Below are positions 19,901 through 27,111 of a stretch of 41,199 nucleotides of DNA, in pieces. Numbering within the stretch: the stretch's first letter is position 1; every line of letters begins with the position of its first letter. Under the pieces are notes generated by a model. It saw only the letters and a list, made by a program, of their open reading frames with translations, did not search any database and was not told the origin of the DNA. The position numbers and the translations under genes were made by a program. Origin of the DNA: a virus; IMG/VR virus record IMGVR_UViG_3300027509_000006, positions 1 through 41,199 of that record. The stretch is one strand, 5' to 3'.

Positions 19901-20201
19901 TGCTCCGGACACGACACCATCAGGACTCTCAGGAATTTCCATCAATACCACTGGTGCCAGCTCCTCACAAGCGCAGGCAGTAGGTCCGCTCTTATCGAAA
20001 ATAGATCAGCTGATAACCGTGCTGGCCACTACCGTCGGAAATAGTGATACAGGATCCAATACCATAAACCAGTCAGAGAGCCAGAACGTGGATAAGCTGG
20101 TCAGAGCCTTATCCAAACCTATCAAAGCCTATGTCGTCCATTCTGAATTCCAAGCTACAGCCAGTGAGATAGCCGACATAGAAAACCAAGCCAGCTATTA
20201 A
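16974..20201 (+). CDS. Tail tape measure protein
   Basis: 1075 aa, the largest ORF. It has central hydrophobic A/L/I/G-rich segments and a long Q/E/K/L coiled-coil stretch. It lies downstream of the tail tube candidate. Confidence 0.85.
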   Translation: MSIRRDKIQLEVEINGQKAGQSYRELINDSRNLKRELLALTPGTDAFVKKSAELRKVNDRLGEIRRQTRGVRTESNSVISVLKKFSPALAAAFVIRSAKRFFDFISAQTSGLDLLKNKFTTVFGDAAILVEESANKQAIALGLTRNEYKKLTAQAGDLLIPMGFQRVEAAKLSTEMISLSGALSAWTGGQKTSTEVSDILSKALLGEREQLKTLGISIQENDVKQRLAAKGMSKLTGTALQQAKAMATLELITEKSGDAQESFRKNGEGLIQTKARIIAKINEAAGRMAALFLPAFEKGVVVVEKLLTTLFALGVGLTKIPAFLKENRVQLIAFTVAVISFNSQAIIANAQLLLLSANLLRKAAAAKATAIATAVMTASQKGLTAAMRANPIGLIITALALLAAGLELAYRRSETFRAVVDGLGSLAKETFKIISEAAGSFAKGFQLIKSGEILNGLKEIGTGLKKSNPVSIAFTEGKRLKQAFSNGFDASKEKSLLAGQAAAINESSGELVKAGSDAGILAGQAITDGINSRLKKLSLATPDKDKSKKKSTSKQDLALKALKAQAKKELQELEILNKQKKSTEAEYQAATLKSKKDNFQKQLDLLVQFGQTNSDTYRETYINLLEVDDQIAQQSLEKRIAGIKDIQDTEIQELKLSREQQRITEQAYDEQVLESRRTFLTQKLEILRAGDQQETSLYREAQIELASVQREITDQKVTAQLEAIKTASSHELTELQQKFLNRLLTEQEYEEQALLNKQSELERKAELLQKYGLQETEAFAKNQADQLKVQQDIDGKKLENSKRTEDLKNQLQQASKALATDTLNFAIQILGQDEAARKKHSNAIKAIEIAKIAGNLGFEIAGIWKNAPEGGLIAGPIIAGVQTAAAVIRAAKNTATVAKQKFYHGGYASAGYTGHHAIYHDGLDGVVNADLHVGEYVNPKWQVRHPVFGKVINWMDTYRRNPSQIIQPLKFMSGGYAPDTTPSGLSGISINTTGASSSQAQAVGPLLSKIDQLITVLATTVGNSDTGSNTINQSESQNVDKLVRALSKPIKAYVVHSEFQATASEIADIENQASY

Positions 20202-20218
20202 TTCAGTAAGTCAAAATA

Positions 20219-20440
20219 ATGAGAATCAAAGCATTGAAAATCAAGGACGCAGTCATGATAAAATCGAGTGGAATCACAGGGGAGATCATCGCCAAGAATG
20301 GTGAGACGATCCATGTACGGACGCCTGATGGTGACATCATCAAGACTGTGACGACAGCAGTACAAGTGCTGGGACTCATAGATAGGATACTGGCCAGCCT
20401 GGTACAGATTCTCCTTTATTTCAAAACCCCCAAAAACTGA
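20219..20440 (+). CDS. Hypothetical small protein
   Basis: 73-aa ATG ORF, 17 nt after the tape measure stop. No motif recognised. Confidence 0.5.
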   Translation: MRIKALKIKDAVMIKSSGITGEIIAKNGETIHVRTPDGDIIKTVTTAVQVLGLIDRILASLVQILLYFKTPKN

Positions 20441-20445
20441 TAGAA

Positions 20446-20799
20446 ATGGGAGACTCACATATAATAGTTATTGTTTTCACAGCCATAGGCTCATTTGTCG
20501 CTGCCATATTCGGCAAGGACGGCTGGCAATATCTGACCAGGAAGAAAGAGATAGAGCAAGCGTCAGCCTCTCATGAAGAATTCAAAAAACTAGAGGCTGA
20601 AATGAATATGATGCGCAGAGAGTTTGAAGCCAGAATGGCTGCTGAGAGAATGAAAACCTCGAATATCAAAGTAGGGGTGGACATGATGCTGACAATGTTT
20701 GAAGACATCGCAGACCCTAAGTACCTGGTAATAATGGAGAAGGTCAGAAAAATCATCAATGAACCCATAGTGCCTTTAAAAAAAACAACTAATGACTAA
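20446..20799 (+). CDS. Hypothetical membrane-anchored coiled-coil protein
   Basis: 117 aa. It has an N-terminal hydrophobic helix IIVIVFTAIGSFVAAIFG followed by a charged helical region. Confidence 0.55.
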   Translation: MGDSHIIVIVFTAIGSFVAAIFGKDGWQYLTRKKEIEQASASHEEFKKLEAEMNMMRREFEARMAAERMKTSNIKVGVDMMLTMFEDIADPKYLVIMEKVRKIINEPIVPLKKTTND

Positions 20800-21277
20800 T
20801 GAGTTTCTACTGAAGCAGAACACGGCCCTGAATGAGCTGCACTTTGAACTGGCGGCTGCCATGTGTGAGAATAATATTAAATGCCTCTATGAAAAGCTGA
20901 TCAAGTCTGGTCTGGATGATCATACACTTGGCTTCTGGATCTGGGATATATCTGGCGGCTTGGAAATATACTCACCTAAGTTCAGAGCTTCCCTTCAGTT
21001 TGAAGGAGAACATGATTTTCCCAATGTTCCAGAGAGCTGGCAGAAATACATAGAACAGGATTCACTGGACCTGGCGCTGATGAATTTTGACAAGCACGTC
21101 GATACTAAAGGGGAATTCAGGTATGTCCAGCAGGTGATATATAGAAGAAAAATAAGTGGCAAAGTGACTCTGGTCTGCCATGGGAAAGTCATCTCATGGA
21201 ATGATGATGATAGTCCTAAGATCATGGTCGGTGTACACATGTTACCCTCTGGAAGATATATCAGTAATCTTTTATAA
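20792..21277 (+). CDS. Stand-alone PAS-like domain protein
   Basis: 161 aa. The segment GFWIWDISGGLEIYSPKFRASLQFEGEHDFPNVPESWQKYIEQDSLDLALMNFDKHVDTKGEFRYVQQVIYRRKISGKVTLVCHGKVISWNDDDSPKIMVGVHM follows the PAS_3-type pattern (G.W.WD...........hP.D.............e.R......G....v...g......G.p..m.G). This was recognised by eye. Confidence 0.55.
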   Translation: MTNEFLLKQNTALNELHFELAAAMCENNIKCLYEKLIKSGLDDHTLGFWIWDISGGLEIYSPKFRASLQFEGEHDFPNVPESWQKYIEQDSLDLALMNFDKHVDTKGEFRYVQQVIYRRKISGKVTLVCHGKVISWNDDDSPKIMVGVHMLPSGRYISNLL

Positions 21278-21292
21278 AATCAGAAAAAGCAA

Positions 21293-21580
21293 ATGAAAAA
21301 AGTAGCATTGACAATCTCAGCAGTGACGCTGGTAGCAATACTCAGCTTCACCATCCATTACACCAAGCTCTATATGGATCTACTGTCCACCTTCAGCACT
21401 GAAGATGATCGAGCACCCACAGAGGAGCTGATGCATCCGGAGATATTCATCATAGGTCTGAATGACAGCTCAGCACTGGCCCATAAGATAGGAACTGATA
21501 CCCTGGTGAGCTATGACTACGATCCACACTCACACTCGCGGTCCTCCCTTCAGGGAGTTAGAGGGCAGAAGAGCAGATAA
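21293..21580 (+). CDS. Small membrane/secreted hypothetical protein ending in the SSLQGVRGQKS repeat
   Basis: 95 aa. The N-terminal hydrophobic segment is KKVALTISAVTLVAILSFTI. The last 13 codons are supplied by the 38-bp repeat copy at 21538..21575. Confidence 0.5.
   Translation: MKKVALTISAVTLVAILSFTIHYTKLYMDLLSTFSTEDDRAPTEELMHPEIFIIGLNDSSALAHKIGTDTLVSYDYDPHSHSRSSLQGVRGQKSR
21538..21575 (+). repeat. 38-bp repeat element, copy 1
   Basis: The sequence is GCGGTCCTCCCTTCAGGGAGTTAGAGGGCAGAAGAGCA. It differs at one position from copy 2 (24291..24328) and contains the hairpin core CTCCC-TTCA-GGGAG. Confidence 0.9.
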
Positions 21581-21635
21581 GCCAGCAGAGCCACCAGAAC
21601 AAAAAAAATAGAACCTCCCTTAAAACCAACCAGAT

Positions 21636-21718
21636 AGAGGCAATCTCTCAATATCAGATCATGGAAAGCGGATGGTTAGCACGCATCCAGCCTGTGAGTG
21701 GATTGTCTCTTTTTTTTC
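21636..21718 (+). terminator. Long structured hairpin followed by a T8 run (terminator or small structured RNA)
   Basis: AGAGGCAATC (21636..21645) pairs with GATTGTCTCT (21701..21710) with one G-U pair. The 55-nt interior contains a GGATG/CATCC sub-stem. T8 lies at 21711..21718. Confidence 0.4.
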
Positions 21719-21727
21719 TTGTCCTAT
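21716..21727 (+). promoter_or_regulatory. Intergenic motif variant TTCTTGTCCTAT (copy C)
   Basis: Lies 60 nt upstream of ATG 21781, immediately after the T-run of the preceding hairpin. Confidence 0.3.
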
Positions 21728-21780
21728 GATGAGTTCCACAGCTTACTGAAATTTGAAATCATTAATTAATCATTTGCAAT

Positions 21781-22155
21781 ATGAAAAGAATAGTCACAGT
21801 CAGGATTCCTGAAGACCACCTAGCTCAGGATACGCCTACGCATGTCGTACTGAAAGACGGTACACAACTCGAAAGAGTGGACACCGTCTCACAACCCATT
21901 TTCAGGGTTACAGAAGATGCCCACGCCTACTTTGATCCTAATGGAGAACACGACATATCTGGACCCAATGTCATCGACCTCAAGAAAGGTCAGCAAGTGG
22001 AACTGATGGCCTGCCAGCTCAATCAGGAGTATGGCTTCAGCCCCTTCAGATACACCCATGTCCTGAGCACTGGAGAGAGAGTGGAAGCCTTCGTCTGGGT
22101 ATCGAATGAGATCCTGGAGCACGTCGCTGGAAATCTCGGCCCCAGATTAAGATAG
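21781..22155 (+). CDS. Hypothetical protein
   Basis: 124-aa ATG ORF after a 200-bp gap. No motif recognised. Confidence 0.55.
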   Translation: MKRIVTVRIPEDHLAQDTPTHVVLKDGTQLERVDTVSQPIFRVTEDAHAYFDPNGEHDISGPNVIDLKKGQQVELMACQLNQEYGFSPFRYTHVLSTGERVEAFVWVSNEILEHVAGNLGPRLR

Positions 22156-22171
22156 AATAGAAAAACAAGAA

Positions 22172-22480
22172 GTGAGCACCATCAGCATACAGCATGCCAT
22201 TGATATCATCAAGGGATCTGCAGAACCATTCGAGTTGCAATTCGTCAGGAGCTCAGGACCCCGGATAGGATCCATCAAGACCGTGCTGTGTCGCTATGGC
22301 GCTCCTAATCCCAAAAATCCCAAGGAGCAGCCTGCACAGAGCGGTGCTGCTCCTTTTGTCAAGCAATCATTCAAGCTCAGCGGTACGATGCCACTCACAG
22401 AGCTGAGTAATACCACCCGACCACTGACACCTCTCATCTCACATTTCATCGCCATCAATGGCCATACAATCAGACACTAA
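22172..22480 (+). CDS. Hypothetical protein (GTG start)
   Basis: 102-aa ORF that ends 2 nt before the portal candidate. Only a GTG start is available. Confidence 0.45.
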   Translation: MSTISIQHAIDIIKGSAEPFELQFVRSSGPRIGSIKTVLCRYGAPNPKNPKEQPAQSGAAPFVKQSFKLSGTMPLTELSNTTRPLTPLISHFIAINGHTIRH

Positions 22481-22482
22481 GA

Positions 22483-23859
22483 ATGGAAGCCCCTACCACC
22501 AGTAAGCAGCCCACCACCTACGACATCATCAGAACCGGAGATCATATAATGACCTCCAAGGCTGGAGGCGATATCGTTGAATTCAAATCCATCAGGAATA
22601 GAGAGGACTACACAGAAGTCAAGACCATCGACTACGCCAATAATGCAAAGATCGCGTACTGGGGTAAGAATAATCAGCTACCACAGCACCGGGAGAGAAT
22701 CATCCTGGATAACAATATCGTAGGAGAACTGATCGCCACCAAGGCTGCCATCACCATTGGTGGCGGCATCTATGCCTATAATGAAGTAGTGGAAGCTGGC
22801 GTGAAGCGAGAAGAAAGGATAGCCATGCCTGCTGAGATTCAGAAGTGGCTGGACGAGAATCAATGGGACGACTATCTCGAATGTGCAGCTGGAGAATTAT
22901 TCAAGCATGCCAATGTGCCTACTGAATTCATACAAGTAAGAAAGAGATCAAGCACGGAAATTTCAAAGTTACATCTCAAGCCGTGCAAGAACATCAGAGC
23001 CGGTGTACAGAATGTGAATGGAAAGGTGCCTGTGTACTACTACCACGGAAGCTGGAGCCAAAGGACTGCAAATAATACAGGCATTCAGGAAGCCAAAGCC
23101 ATTCCTATCCCGACCTACAATGGCAAGCGTCAGATCAAGAGCCTTTTTCATACTGGCACCAAGCTTTTCTTCGATGGCTACTATTACAAGCCCAACTACT
23201 GGGGTGGAAAAGAATGGATCATCACCTCCAATAATATCCCGAAATTTCACCAGCACAATCTGGAGAATGGATACAACATTCGTTTCCACATCGAGATTCC
23301 ATTCGATTACTTTCTGGATAGAGTCGCATATGATGCCGCTGATGATGGAGCAGCGAGAACTGAATGCATGAACAAAGCAGCAGCCGCTGAGCAGACCTTC
23401 ATAGATGCCATGAATAACTTCCTGGCAGGCGTCAAGAACTCTGGCAGAGCTGTCTACACGAAGTTTAAGCACGACATGGAAAAGTCTTATCCAGGTATCA
23501 AGATCACACCACTCAAAGTGGACCTGAAAGACGAGGCACTACTGAAGCTATACGACAAGTCCAATGATGCCAATATCTCAGCGCAGGGCATACACCCTAC
23601 CCTTGCCAGTATTCAGACACAGGGTAAGCTCAGCTCAGGATCTGATATCAGAAACTCACTGATGCTCTACCTCGCCACCAAAGCACCAGGACACAGAAGA
23701 ACCCTCCTCAAGCCACTCAAGATCGTCCAGAAAGCCAATGGCTGGGACTCTAATATCAAGTTCGGATTTGAAGATACACTGATCACCAAGCTGGATGACA
23801 ACCCGGATGGCATAGAGAAAACAGCCTCATCACAACAAGATCCAGCAGTCAGTGAGTAA
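22483..23859 (+). CDS. Putative portal protein
   Basis: 458 aa, in the packaging neighbourhood upstream of the terminase genes. The call rests on size and position only. Confidence 0.45.
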   Translation: MEAPTTSKQPTTYDIIRTGDHIMTSKAGGDIVEFKSIRNREDYTEVKTIDYANNAKIAYWGKNNQLPQHRERIILDNNIVGELIATKAAITIGGGIYAYNEVVEAGVKREERIAMPAEIQKWLDENQWDDYLECAAGELFKHANVPTEFIQVRKRSSTEISKLHLKPCKNIRAGVQNVNGKVPVYYYHGSWSQRTANNTGIQEAKAIPIPTYNGKRQIKSLFHTGTKLFFDGYYYKPNYWGGKEWIITSNNIPKFHQHNLENGYNIRFHIEIPFDYFLDRVAYDAADDGAARTECMNKAAAAEQTFIDAMNNFLAGVKNSGRAVYTKFKHDMEKSYPGIKITPLKVDLKDEALLKLYDKSNDANISAQGIHPTLASIQTQGKLSSGSDIRNSLMLYLATKAPGHRRTLLKPLKIVQKANGWDSNIKFGFEDTLITKLDDNPDGIEKTASSQQDPAVSE

Positions 23860-24130
23860 GATACTGGAAGTCATATCAGCCATCAGAGACAGCCACTCCA
23901 GAACAGTGGAAGTCTATACCCGTGGGAGTTGCGTCCGCTTTGCCGTGATACTGAAAGCCATCTATCCTGACGGTGTGATTCTCTACGATGTCAATCATGC
24001 CATTTTTGAGCTGGATGGACTATGCTATGACATCACTGGCCTGGTGGAAAAGAAAGGACACATCCCCCTGGATGAATATACCCCAGCTCACCAGACCAGA
24101 ATACTGGCCTTACAATTTCCCTGGACATGA
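23852..24130 (+). CDS. Hypothetical protein (GTG start)
   Basis: 92-aa ORF that overlaps the portal stop by 8 nt and the next gene by 4 nt. Confidence 0.45.
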   Translation: MSKILEVISAIRDSHSRTVEVYTRGSCVRFAVILKAIYPDGVILYDVNHAIFELDGLCYDITGLVEKKGHIPLDEYTPAHQTRILALQFPWT

Positions 24131-24822
24131 TGGACGAACTCACATACCAAGCAGGCATCAATCTACTGCGAGAAAGAGATCCCGACTCCATCTGGATCCC
24201 AGAGCTGAAGAGACTAGGATTCACCCTGATGTCCACCAAGTATCTTGAGAAAGAACTCCAGCGCCTGGATGCAGAGCAGAGCAGCCTGCAGCGGTCCTCC
24301 CTTCAGGGAGTCAGAGGGCAGAAGAGCAAGAGCAGCCAGCAGCAGTCCTCCCTTCAGGGAGTCAGAGGGCAGAAGAGCCTAGCCAGAGATCCCATACTGA
24401 ACGACCTCTACAACAATAGAACCAAGCTCTACAACCTCAGAGGTAAAACCTCGAACAAATTCCACCAGTGCAGTGACGACGCTGATCGAGCTGCAGTATC
24501 CACAGATGTGCAGGGCATACAGGCCAGGATCAAGACCGTCACCATCACCATCCGACAATATGAGGAGACTGGCCAGCTGCCACAATCCGCAGAAAAATAT
24601 CCGGTGCCACGAGCCGGACTGGAAAGGCACCGACTACTTCTCAGACTACGATCACAGATCAGCAATAAGAAAACCCATCTCAAGGATCTATTCAAGCTCT
24701 CTGATGAGGTAGAAAAAAAGCAGCACAGAATCACCAAGGCTGAAGCCAAATTACAAGAACTGGAGACCCACAAAGCCTATGTCGAAAAAGCCATCAAAAG
24801 AACTGACAAAAAAGGACGCTAA
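24127..24822 (+). CDS. Coiled-coil protein carrying two tandem 38-bp repeat copies
   Basis: 231 aa with a Q/K/E-rich helical C-terminal half. The peptide SSLQGVRGQKS is encoded twice. Confidence 0.6.
   Translation: MMDELTYQAGINLLRERDPDSIWIPELKRLGFTLMSTKYLEKELQRLDAEQSSLQRSSLQGVRGQKSKSSQQQSSLQGVRGQKSLARDPILNDLYNNRTKLYNLRGKTSNKFHQCSDDADRAAVSTDVQGIQARIKTVTITIRQYEETGQLPQSAEKYPVPRAGLERHRLLLRLRSQISNKKTHLKDLFKLSDEVEKKQHRITKAEAKLQELETHKAYVEKAIKRTDKKGR
24291..24328 (+). repeat. 38-bp repeat element, copy 2
   Basis: The sequence is GCGGTCCTCCCTTCAGGGAGTCAGAGGGCAGAAGAGCA. Confidence 0.9.
24342..24379 (+). repeat. 38-bp repeat element, copy 3 (51 bp after copy 2)
   Basis: The sequence is GCAGTCCTCCCTTCAGGGAGTCAGAGGGCAGAAGAGCC. 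Confidence 0.9.
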
Positions 24823-25426
24823 GCTACTCAGCAGCAGACTCTACACAGAGGCAGACTTCAAGGATGCTTCCAGACTGGAACGCCTGGGAATGTATCTCAA
24901 GCAGCCACGCCTACCCATCAGCCCCAGTGATGAGGAATATCTGATGAAGCTGAGACAGGTGTGGATGATCACAGGAGATTCCTTATCTGGCTTTGAGTCG
25001 GTGCGGAAAGTGAGAGTGATCCATCCGGACATGAAATATGAAACCGCTCAGAAGTACATAGGAGAAGCGGAGTCATTATTCGGATCCATCATCTCCAGGA
25101 ATAAAGATATGGCGAGAGCCGTACTGATAGACAAAGCCAGAGACCTCTATGAAAAAGGGATCAATGGTGTTACTGGGACTCGTGAGATTATTGACAAGGA
25201 TGGCATATTGACAGAAGTGGAAGTGGAACTGGCTCCTATAGACCTCAAGCTCGCCAAAGAAGCGCTCACCCTCATAGGAAAATGGGAACTGGACAGACCA
25301 GATGATCAGGAAGACATTCTCAAGGATCTCCAGCTACCGGATATAAGTTTCACCACTGATCCGGGTGCACTGGCTGAGGACATAGAATTCAAGGAAGTAA
25401 GTGAGGACACTGATGAAGAAGAGTAA
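24779..25426 (+). CDS. Putative small terminase subunit
   Basis: 215 aa, immediately upstream of and overlapping the large terminase. It has an acidic C-terminus. The call is positional. Confidence 0.45.
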   Translation: MSKKPSKELTKKDAKLLSSRLYTEADFKDASRLERLGMYLKQPRLPISPSDEEYLMKLRQVWMITGDSLSGFESVRKVRVIHPDMKYETAQKYIGEAESLFGSIISRNKDMARAVLIDKARDLYEKGINGVTGTREIIDKDGILTEVEVELAPIDLKLAKEALTLIGKWELDRPDDQEDILKDLQLPDISFTTDPGALAEDIEFKEVSEDTDEEE

Positions 25427-26873
25427 GTCCGTATACGTGAATCCCGTACAGGATAAGTTCTTGCAAGCACCTCAGCAAGATAAAACCTTCGTAGGTGGTA
25501 GAGGTGTGGGCAAGTCCTCACTGATAGGCTTCAGCTCCTACCTCAGCGTGAACCACTTACCCAGAGCCAAGCAGTTTTTTGTATCCACGACCTACAACCA
25601 GATCCTGACCAAGACGATGCCAGCCATCGAGGCGATGTGGCAGAGTTTTGGCCTGAAGGAATGGCAATCAGAAAAGATTCCTGGACACTACATCGTGGGC
25701 AGGCGACCACCTAAGAACTGGACCCGGCCCTACAGTCCACCGAGACGCTTTGATAATGTGATCAGCTTCTGGAATGGCTACTGTATAGAATTCCTATCCA
25801 TGGATAGACCGGATCACCAGAGAGGTGGATCCTACGATGGAGGCTTCGGTGATGAGATAAATCTGGTGAAGAAAGAGCATATCAATAAAGTGCTGCTCCC
25901 ATCCATCAGAGGCAACCGCCACAAGTACACCAGCCATCTCCATCAGCAATTCAGTAAGTTCTGCTCCATGCCCTGGAAGCGCTCCCAGTACTGGGTGCTG
26001 GAATACGCAGAGAAAATGAATCTGCATCCTGATGAATATTACTACCAGGAAGCCACGGCCTATGATAATATCGAGGTGCTGGGTGAGAAAGGAATAGAAC
26101 GTCTCCGGAGAGAATTGACCTATCTGGAATTTCAGGTGGAGGTGATGAATATGAGAATCACCAGACAGCCGGAAGGCTTTTATCATGCTTTCTCAGAAGA
26201 TAAGCACGGCTACCAGCCAAAGTATAATTATGGTGATTCTAACAGAGGCATCATCACCAGAGGCACTGCTGACATGGATCCCAAGCAGCCGATGGACATC
26301 TCTCTGGATTTCTCTGGATGGATCAATTGCATGACGGTGTACCAGTCTTCAGGCAAGGAGGAAAAAATGGTCGATGCCTTATTCGTCAAAGATCCCAAAT
26401 CTGTCAAGGATCTCATAGATGATTACTGTAACAAGTACGTAGACCACAAGAATAAGACCGTCAGAGTATGGGGAGAGCCCAGAGGCCATGACAAGAATCC
26501 CATGGGCATCACTTTTTTCAATGTCGTGAAAAATCAATTCAGAAAACATGGATGGAATTGCGAGATCAAAGCCCACGCAGGCAGAACAAACAATCACGAA
26601 GACAGATACATCCTCATCAATAACATCTTCGCTGAGGATGACTCCCAGCTCCCCAGGCTTCGCATAAATCAGGAGAACTGCAAGGATCCCATCATCGCTC
26701 TGCAGATTACCCAGGTCACCGCTGACAACAAGAAAAATAAATCCAAGGAGAAAGACCGGACCTTCCCACAGGAGCACGCTCCACACTTCACGGATACCAT
26801 AGACTATTATTTCATGCAGAAATATGGACAGTCCAGGCTCATACTCGGGCTGCCTGGAACTGTGCACTTTTGA
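25413..26873 (+). CDS. terL: Terminase large subunit
   Basis: It has a Walker A-like FVGGRGVGKSS near the N-terminus and a Walker B-like SYDGGFGDEINLV. The length of about 486 aa is typical. ATG 25413 is preferred over GTG 25401. Confidence 0.8.
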   Translation: MKKSKSVYVNPVQDKFLQAPQQDKTFVGGRGVGKSSLIGFSSYLSVNHLPRAKQFFVSTTYNQILTKTMPAIEAMWQSFGLKEWQSEKIPGHYIVGRRPPKNWTRPYSPPRRFDNVISFWNGYCIEFLSMDRPDHQRGGSYDGGFGDEINLVKKEHINKVLLPSIRGNRHKYTSHLHQQFSKFCSMPWKRSQYWVLEYAEKMNLHPDEYYYQEATAYDNIEVLGEKGIERLRRELTYLEFQVEVMNMRITRQPEGFYHAFSEDKHGYQPKYNYGDSNRGIITRGTADMDPKQPMDISLDFSGWINCMTVYQSSGKEEKMVDALFVKDPKSVKDLIDDYCNKYVDHKNKTVRVWGEPRGHDKNPMGITFFNVVKNQFRKHGWNCEIKAHAGRTNNHEDRYILINNIFAEDDSQLPRLRINQENCKDPIIALQITQVTADNKKNKSKEKDRTFPQEHAPHFTDTIDYYFMQKYGQSRLILGLPGTVHF

Positions 26874-26887
26874 AAAAAAAATATCAG

Positions 26888-27043
26888 ATGAAAAAGACCA
26901 AAGAAAACAAGCTCAAAAGACAGATCTATGATTTCATAAATCATCTAGAATTTAGAGCCAGAATAAACCCGACTCAGAAATTAGCTCTCAAAAAGGCGAT
27001 ACGGGATTACAGGACGGAATCTATCAAAAACTCTAAAGTATGA
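26888..27043 (+). CDS. Small basic hypothetical protein (51 aa, below the track cutoff)
   Basis: Hand translation gives MKKTKENKLKRQIYDFINHLEFRARINPTQKLALKKAIRDYRTESIKNSKV, followed by a stop. Confidence 0.4.
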   Translation: MKKTKENKLKRQIYDFINHLEFRARINPTQKLALKKAIRDYRTESIKNSKV

Positions 27044-27052
27044 ATGTGGTAA

Positions 27053-27063
27053 TTCTGTCCTAT
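27053..27063 (+). promoter_or_regulatory. Intergenic motif TTCTGTCCTAT (copy D)
   Basis: Lies 55 nt upstream of ATG 27112 and is identical to the 11-mer at 12798..12808. Confidence 0.35.
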
Positions 27064-27111
27064 TCAGTACCCTAATTTGCCGCCACTTTTGCAATAACAA
27101 AGATCAACACT

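Noticed and set aside
21670-21682. A 13-nt match (GGATGGTTAGCAC) between the 21.6-kb gap and the reverse complement of 53..65 near the circle junction
   Set aside because: A rough estimate gives tens of chance 13-mer matches between positions in a 41-kb sequence, and the match does not extend.
1192-26867. Long antisense ORFs in the track (for example 1192..1650, 6910..7272, 13530..13895, 14053..14526, 17033..17452, 22969..23472, 25794..26186, 26379..26867, all -)
   Set aside because: Each lies wholly inside a longer, better-supported + strand gene in a tightly coupled operon. Their translations are low-complexity or Ser/Cys/Arg-rich, which is typical of shadow frames.
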